DNA of 64,000 bases from Candidatus Omnitrophota bacterium (GTDB taxonomy: Bacteria > Hinthialibacterota > Hinthialibacteria > Hinthialibacterales > JAKPRU01). A model generated the notes under the pieces. It was not told the DNA's origin. It was given only the letters and a program-made list of their open reading frames with translations, and did no database searches. Below, piece after piece: positions 58,501-64,000 of this stretch. Position numbers and translations under genes: made by a program. Where the stretch lies: assembly GCA_029570205.1 (NCBI GenBank), contig JAKQSI010000090.1, forward strand, positions 37,674 through 101,673, given 5' to 3'. Position 1 is the stretch's first letter. Every line of letters starts with the position of its first letter.

Positions 58501-60852
58501 ATGCGCACGTTTCGTATTCTCTGCTGTCCGATAATCATGTTTGTTTTTGCAGCGAATTCTCTTTGTGCGGAAGAATCTCCGGAAGTCCTTTTCGAGGCGT
58601 CGAATATCGAGTCGGACCAGGCCCTGATTCTCGAAAATCGCCAGGAGTGTGCCGTCGAAGAACGACAGGGCATTCCTCTCCTCGTCGTGCAATCCCCCAT
58701 GGACCCCTATCGGGACCAGGCGATGGTATTCCGCTTTGCTCAGACAGAGAAGGATATCCCGGAGAGTTTCGTTCTGGAGATCGAATTCTACGATGAAGGG
58801 GCCGGGATCATCTCTCCGCAACTTTCTGCCCGGGCAGCCTCTCGTCACCGGAGCCTCGATGGCGGCCGGCAATGCTCCTATACGCGCCTGAATACGCATA
58901 GAACGCGGAGCGCTTTCTTTGAGTACGCAAGCAGAAGGGGGAACAGGCCGGATGAGAATCCCATTCATCTGTCTATCGCAAGTTTGCAGTTCCTGAAATC
59001 CATCAAGATGCACCGATCCTTTTCAGAGGAAGAATGGACCGCTGCAAGAAACTCCATTCCGACGGATGTCAAACCGATGGTCGTCCTGGAACGCCCGATG
59101 GATATTGTCTGCGGCGCCGGGGTTGCTACTCGAGGTGGGGCAAAGGAGATACTGGCATCTCTTGAATCGGCGCGCGAATTGATCCCGCTGGCGAAAGCGC
59201 TCGGATTCAATGCCATCGAGTCTTATGTCCGCTGGAATATCGTGGAGCCGGACAAAGAAGGCCAATTCGACTGGTCCGCCTACGATGCCGTGATTGACCT
59301 TCTGAAAGAATATGACATGAAGTGGTTTCCGCTTCTCATTGTCGGCTCAGCCTACGCGCTGCCGGACTGGTTTGCGAACAGCAAGGAAAACATCGGTTTT
59401 GTGTGCCTGGAACACGGTATCTCCAATCCCATCCAGAGTATCTGGAGTCCGTATCATCAACGCCACGTGACCCGTTTTCTCAAAGCATTCGGTGAGCATT
59501 ACGAACCGATGAACATCCTTCAGGGCGTCCGGCTCGGTCCCAGCGGGAATTTCGGCGAATCGCAATACCCGGCAGGCGGAAATTGGGGATACCACGGGGA
59601 GAATATGCACATTCATATCGGGTACTGGTGTGGCGATGAATACGCGATCAAACATTTCCGCGATACCATGAAAACAAAATACGAAACCATCGACCGGCTC
59701 AATGAAGCCTGGAATGAAAAGTTCGCCTCCTTTGAGGAAATCGAGCTGTTGCTGCCGGTGTTTTACACCAACCGGCGCCGACGTATCGACATGACCCATT
59801 GGTATACACAGGCCATGACAGACTGGTGTGAATGGTGGGCTATAGAGGCCAGGAAAGCGATGCCGAACACCATGATTTACCAGTCCTCCGGCGGCTGGGG
59901 ATTCCTGGAGGCCGGAACGGATTTCGCCGAACAGACGAAAAGCATGGCGAAAGTTCATGGCGGCATCCGTCTCACCAATGAGACGGACAGTCTCCATCAA
60001 AATATCTACGTAACCCGGCTTGCAGCGACCGCCGCTCGGCATTACGGCGTTCGCCTGGGTTACGAACCGGCCAGTTCCCACACCGCACGCGGAACCGGCG
60101 GAAGGATTTTCAACACCGCCTCCACCAACGGCGACCACTTTTTCACTTATGGAGGCAACATTCTCGGACAGCAGTCCTCCATCGAGAACTGGCTGCGGAA
60201 TTTCCACATCCTCGACACACGGCAACCCCCCATTGTCGATGTGGCGATCTACTATCCCGAAACCATGAATCAGCTGGATGATGGCGCATTTCGCTATCTG
60301 TACGGCTGGGGATTTTATCCGAGGGCACGTGAGGTCCGGGAACATGTGGAGGTCGATTATCTGAACGAAACCCTGATCCGCGATGGATTCCTGGACCGAT
60401 ACAAGGCGCTGGTGTGCGCCTGGGGCGAGTTTATTGAAGCCGATGTGCAGAATCGGATCGACCAATGGGTGCGCGGGGGGGGAACCCTGATTTATCCCAG
60501 CTTCCCAAGAGGCCCTCAGCTGACCGTGGAAGGGGATTCGAGCGTGTTCCACAAGTGGAGTCGCGGTGATTGCGGCAAGGGCGCATTTTACCGATTCCAG
60601 GGTGACATGGAACCGCCCGACCTCTACGGAGAATATGTCGAGAAGATATTGCTGGGAATGGATAACCTCCATCCGTTCACGAAACAGGCCTTGCAAATCA
60701 AGCATCCGCGACGAGTATATTTCAGCATCCAGGAGGACGGGCATGTCCTGGCGATCAACTATGACGATCAACCGGCGCGGGTCGAACTGGACGGTGTGTT
60801 CTCCGAAGAGATTGCGCCGTATAGGATCGCAAGGCTTCCGCTTCGGAAATAG
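58501..60852 (+). CDS. Secreted glycoside hydrolase (GH14/GH42-like TIM barrel plus trimerisation-like domain)
   Basis: AGGAG RBS; ESYVRWNIVEP..GQFDWSAYD; LGPSGNFGESQYP; TIDRLNEAW; VAIYYP. Confidence 0.75.
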   Translation: MRTFRILCCPIIMFVFAANSLCAEESPEVLFEASNIESDQALILENRQECAVEERQGIPLLVVQSPMDPYRDQAMVFRFAQTEKDIPESFVLEIEFYDEGAGIISPQLSARAASRHRSLDGGRQCSYTRLNTHRTRSAFFEYASRRGNRPDENPIHLSIASLQFLKSIKMHRSFSEEEWTAARNSIPTDVKPMVVLERPMDIVCGAGVATRGGAKEILASLESARELIPLAKALGFNAIESYVRWNIVEPDKEGQFDWSAYDAVIDLLKEYDMKWFPLLIVGSAYALPDWFANSKENIGFVCLEHGISNPIQSIWSPYHQRHVTRFLKAFGEHYEPMNILQGVRLGPSGNFGESQYPAGGNWGYHGENMHIHIGYWCGDEYAIKHFRDTMKTKYETIDRLNEAWNEKFASFEEIELLLPVFYTNRRRRIDMTHWYTQAMTDWCEWWAIEARKAMPNTMIYQSSGGWGFLEAGTDFAEQTKSMAKVHGGIRLTNETDSLHQNIYVTRLAATAARHYGVRLGYEPASSHTARGTGGRIFNTASTNGDHFFTYGGNILGQQSSIENWLRNFHILDTRQPPIVDVAIYYPETMNQLDDGAFRYLYGWGFYPRAREVREHVEVDYLNETLIRDGFLDRYKALVCAWGEFIEADVQNRIDQWVRGGGTLIYPSFPRGPQLTVEGDSSVFHKWSRGDCGKGAFYRFQGDMEPPDLYGEYVEKILLGMDNLHPFTKQALQIKHPRRVYFSIQEDGHVLAINYDDQPARVELDGVFSEEIAPYRIARLPLRK

Positions 60853-60862
60853 AATGCCGTTG

Positions 60863-60891
60863 TTGATCGGCGGAGAGAAAAGGGATATACT
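60863..60891 (+). promoter_or_regulatory. Sigma70-like promoter of tRNA-Pro
   Basis: TTGATC-N17-TATACT, 26 nt upstream of the tRNA. Confidence 0.6.
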
Positions 60892-60917
60892 CTCTTGGTT
60901 TATTCCTTCGATTTCAT

Positions 60918-60991
60918 CGGGGCGTAGCGCAGTCTGGTAGCGCATCTGGTTTGGGACCAGGGGGTCGTTGGTTCGAATCCAATCGCCCCGA
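60918..60991 (+). tRNA. tRNA-Pro(TGG), CCA not encoded
   Basis: CGGGGCG/CGCCCCG acceptor stem; TAGCGCAGTCTGGTAGCGCA D-arm; TTTGGGA anticodon loop; GTTCGAATC T-loop. Confidence 0.97.
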
Positions 60992-61081
60992 TTTTTTATG
61001 CTTATCAGAATGTGTCTGTTGACAAACCGGTACATGCCGAAAAGAATTGTCGAAAGACCGGCAAGGCAGGAGAGACAAGTT

Positions 61082-61960
61082 ATGCACAAAGGGACACGGT
61101 TGCGGATGATCGGCATCTTAGGGTTAGTAGTGACAATGCCCGTTCCGACACCGGCGCAGAATGTATCCGGTTCGGTCGGCGACCCGGAACATCCTGCGGT
61201 GTTCACCGTGCCGCTCGATCTCCCCGCCGGGGCGAAACCACTGGAAATGGTCCTCATCCATGCCGGAACTTTTCTGATGGGGAGTCCTTCGGATGCAAAA
61301 GATCGGGATCCGGATGAAATCCAACACCAAGTCACCATAACTAAGGATTTTTATATCGGCAAATATGAACTCACTCAGGCCCAATGGCAGGCGCTGATGC
61401 ACAGCAACCCGTCCAAATTTGGCCCGAAACCGAACAACCCTGTTGAAATGGTCTCCTGGTATGATTTTGCCCGTTTCTGCAATGAACTGAGCCGGGTACA
61501 GCAACTGACACCCGTTTATGATGAATCCACCTGGACCGCCAACCGCAGCGCGAACGGCTATCGGTTACCGACAGAGGCGGAATGGGAATACGCCTGTCGC
61601 GCGGGAACGACAACCCGTTTCTATTGGGGGGATGATCTCGACGGAACCCAGATCGTCAACTACGCCTGGTGCTGGGACAACAGCCATGACGGTACAAAAG
61701 AAGTCGGACTCAAGGCGCCGAATGCCTGGGGGCTATACGACATAAGCGGGAATGTGTGGGAATGGTGCTACGACTGGGATACCCCGTACCCGTCAAAAGC
61801 TGTCACCGATCCCGTCGGAGAGCAGCCGGGTGATTTCAGAATTCTTCGCGGAGGCGCCTGGATCAACGCGCCCCGCGATTGCCGGTCCGCCAACCGCATC
61901 CGAATGCTTCCGCATTCACAGGTCGGCCACCGCGGAATGCGGCTCGCACGGACACGGTAG
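61082..61960 (+). CDS. Secreted FGE-sulfatase (SUMF1-like) domain protein
   Basis: Signal peptide; FLMGS, YRLPTEAEWEYACRAG, NAWGLYDISGNVWEWC, RGGAW. Confidence 0.9.
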   Translation: MHKGTRLRMIGILGLVVTMPVPTPAQNVSGSVGDPEHPAVFTVPLDLPAGAKPLEMVLIHAGTFLMGSPSDAKDRDPDEIQHQVTITKDFYIGKYELTQAQWQALMHSNPSKFGPKPNNPVEMVSWYDFARFCNELSRVQQLTPVYDESTWTANRSANGYRLPTEAEWEYACRAGTTTRFYWGDDLDGTQIVNYAWCWDNSHDGTKEVGLKAPNAWGLYDISGNVWEWCYDWDTPYPSKAVTDPVGEQPGDFRILRGGAWINAPRDCRSANRIRMLPHSQVGHRGMRLARTR

Positions 61961-62014
61961 GGCAAGGTACGGTGGAGAGTTGACAACCCCAACAAATCAA
62001 CCTCTTCACAACCC

Positions 62015-62824
62015 CTAATTCTCTGCCAGCTGCCCTCTCAACCATCCCGGGCGGTCTGTCGTAATTCCATCCACACCCAGTTCCTTCAAACGCCGGGCCT
62101 CATCGGGGTCGTTCACGGTCCAGACATACAGGCGTAACCCCGCCTCGTGTACCGCATCCACAAACTCCCGCGTCACACCGGAATGCTGCACATCCAGCCC
62201 GTCCAGGCCTTTCTCCCGCGCTGTCTGAATCAATTCCTTGCCATGCGGAATCAAAACCCCCGTGTCTTTCTCTTTCTCCGTGGCCTTGAGCCAGTAAGCC
62301 GGGAGATTCGGCATCAACTCTTTCGATTTCGCCACGGTGTCCAAATCAAAACCGATGATGACGATCTGTTGCTTCTTGCCGCTCTTTTCGATGGTGGTTT
62401 TGAGATGGGGCAGAATTTCCGGCCCGCATTTGATCTCGATATACAGTTTTCTTCCCTTCGGAATTGTCGAAAGGATTTCCTCCAGGAATGGGATTTTCTC
62501 CCCGGTGAACTTCGGGTCTTTCCACCCACCCGCATCCAGCTGCCGAAGAACATCCGAGGATGTTTCCGCGATTTTGTGAACCTGGCCCGTAATTCGCTCT
62601 GTATTATTATCGTGCATCAGGACAATCCGGTTGTCCTGAGTCAGATGAATATCAATCTCAGCAGAGTCCGCCCCCTGTTTCCATGCAGTCAGGACGGAAA
62701 CAACCCTATTCTCCGGCGCATCGTATGATGCCCCCCGATGTCCGATGATTTCCACGGAATGCCCGTACATGCAGATTCCTCCCAGGGATAGATGGGTGAT
62801 GATCAGAATGAACCATTTTGGCAC
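62015..62824 (-). CDS. Glycerophosphodiester phosphodiesterase
   Basis: IGHRGAS..APEN, EIDIH, MHD, IEIK, WTVND, GITTDRP. Confidence 0.93.
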   Translation of the reverse strand: MPKWFILIITHLSLGGICMYGHSVEIIGHRGASYDAPENRVVSVLTAWKQGADSAEIDIHLTQDNRIVLMHDNNTERITGQVHKIAETSSDVLRQLDAGGWKDPKFTGEKIPFLEEILSTIPKGRKLYIEIKCGPEILPHLKTTIEKSGKKQQIVIIGFDLDTVAKSKELMPNLPAYWLKATEKEKDTGVLIPHGKELIQTAREKGLDGLDVQHSGVTREFVDAVHEAGLRLYVWTVNDPDEARRLKELGVDGITTDRPGWLRGQLAEN

Positions 62825-63000
62825 GGATCCGTACCTCCATTGAGTTTCCCGCCTGCTGTGGCAAGGAGATTTTCCTGTTTAGCATACCGAATTTTCACTC
62901 TCGACAAACGCCTGTCGCTCCCCGATAATGCAGGACAGACTTGAGCCTGTCCGCGGACCGGCTCACCACAACCTGCTTGCGTTGAAAGGAACGTTTCCCC

Positions 63001-64000
63001 ATGGTCGATACGCTGGAACGTCTTTCGGATCATCTCTATCGGTTTCATGACACGTGCGATGTCTATGTGATCGTTTTCGAGAACCGGGCCTTGTGCATCG
63101 ACTTCGGAGCGGGCGATGTGCTTAAGGAACTGGGAGCATTGGGCGTCTCCCACCTGGACTGGGTTCTGCACACGCACCATCATCGCGACCAATGCCAGGG
63201 CGATCATCTGGCCCGCAAACATGGCGCGCGTCTGGCCGTCCCGCGTTATGAACGCTTCCTGTTCGATGAAGCCGAAAATTTCTGGCGGAATAGACGCCTC
63301 TATGATGTCTATAATGTCCGCAACACCTATTTCACACTGACGCAGAATATCCCGGTCGACGCGGACTTGGCGGATTACGAGAAATTCTCCTGGAACGGGA
63401 TCGAATTCACCATCCTGCCCACGCCGGGACATACGTACGGCTCAATTAGCCTTATCGCGCAGATCGACGGCAAACGGGTCGCGTTCACCGGGGACCTGAT
63501 CGCCTCTCCCGGAAAAGTCCAAACCCTGTACGATCTTCAATTCAATTACGGGGGATTCGATGGAGTGAACCACGCTATTCTCTCCCTCAGCAATCTTCAG
63601 AAAGAAAACTGTGAGATACTGTGCCCCTCCCACGGTGTCATCATTCGCGACGTCGATGCCGCAATTGACTGGACCGTCCGCAAGCTGAGCGAGTTCTATG
63701 AATTCAACACGGGGGCGGCTCCGGCCACTCGGAATCAATATGTGGAGGTCCTGCCTGGGATTTATGGCTCATACTCGACCTGCAGCTCGCATTACGCGAT
63801 CATATCCAAATCCGGGAAAGCGCTGTTTGTGGATTACGGTTCCGCCGGGTGGGAGTTTCTACAGCCGCACATTCTGCATGACGGCGAGGGACAGCGATTC
63901 ATCCGGCATACGGTCGATGATCTGCGCGACCGGTATGGGATGACATCCATTGATGTTGTCATCCCCAGCCATTATCACGACGATCATATCTGCGGATTCC
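63001..64000 (+). CDS. Metallo-beta-lactamase-fold hydrolase with tandem MBL domains (partial, not in the ORF track)
   Basis: AAGGA RBS; open frame MVDTLERLSDHLY..LHTHHHRDQ..TPGHT..FTGDL..CPSHG, and a second SHYHDDH at the window edge. Confidence 0.85.
   Translation, partial: MVDTLERLSDHLYRFHDTCDVYVIVFENRALCIDFGAGDVLKELGALGVSHLDWVLHTHHHRDQCQGDHLARKHGARLAVPRYERFLFDEAENFWRNRRLYDVYNVRNTYFTLTQNIPVDADLADYEKFSWNGIEFTILPTPGHTYGSISLIAQIDGKRVAFTGDLIASPGKVQTLYDLQFNYGGFDGVNHAILSLSNLQKENCEILCPSHGVIIRDVDAAIDWTVRKLSEFYEFNTGAAPATRNQYVEVLPGIYGSYSTCSSHYAIISKSGKALFVDYGSAGWEFLQPHILHDGEGQRFIRHTVDDLRDRYGMTSIDVVIPSHYHDDHICGF

Noticed and set aside
60918..60991. tRNA-Pro as an island or prophage attachment site
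   Set aside because: No integrase and no duplicate of the tRNA 3' end seen in the window
61082..61960. Formylglycine-generating maturase for the two sulfatases
   Set aside because: Lacks the catalytic CxxxxC pair (reads RGGAWINAPRDCRS) and carries a signal peptide

Overview
Gene-dense bacterial chromosomal window with about 45 CDS and one tRNA-Pro(TGG). I found no transposase, integrase, reverse transcriptase or CRISPR array. The gene style (Tat sulfatases, FGE-sulfatase domains, orphan 'FTLIELLIVVAIIGILAAIA' pilin-like genes, cohesin/dockerin and Pro/Thr-linker proteins, kdsB, mlaE) suggests a diderm heterotroph, possibly Hinthialibacterota(OLB16)/Sumerlaeota-like; this is inference only. 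Housekeeping genes (comM/yifB, xpb, panC, creD, trxB, mlaE, kdsB) alternate with carbohydrate/sulfate-ester genes and secreted proteins. Most notable observations: (1) two unrelated secreted proteins share a C-terminal tail [ST]-A-V-x-x-W-x-x-Y, a candidate sorting signal; (2) a cohesin-dockerin-cohesin-PT-linker-4xPPC protein sits beside a PPC-only paralogue; (3) tandem pilin-like genes have conserved ends and a divergent middle; (4) a duplicated promoter plus small-membrane-protein unit; (5) a deletion scar joining a BrnT-like 5' end to an HATPase 3' end; (6) many intergenic spacers are mosaics of several REP-like palindrome families. All family calls come from reading motifs by eye; no database search was run.
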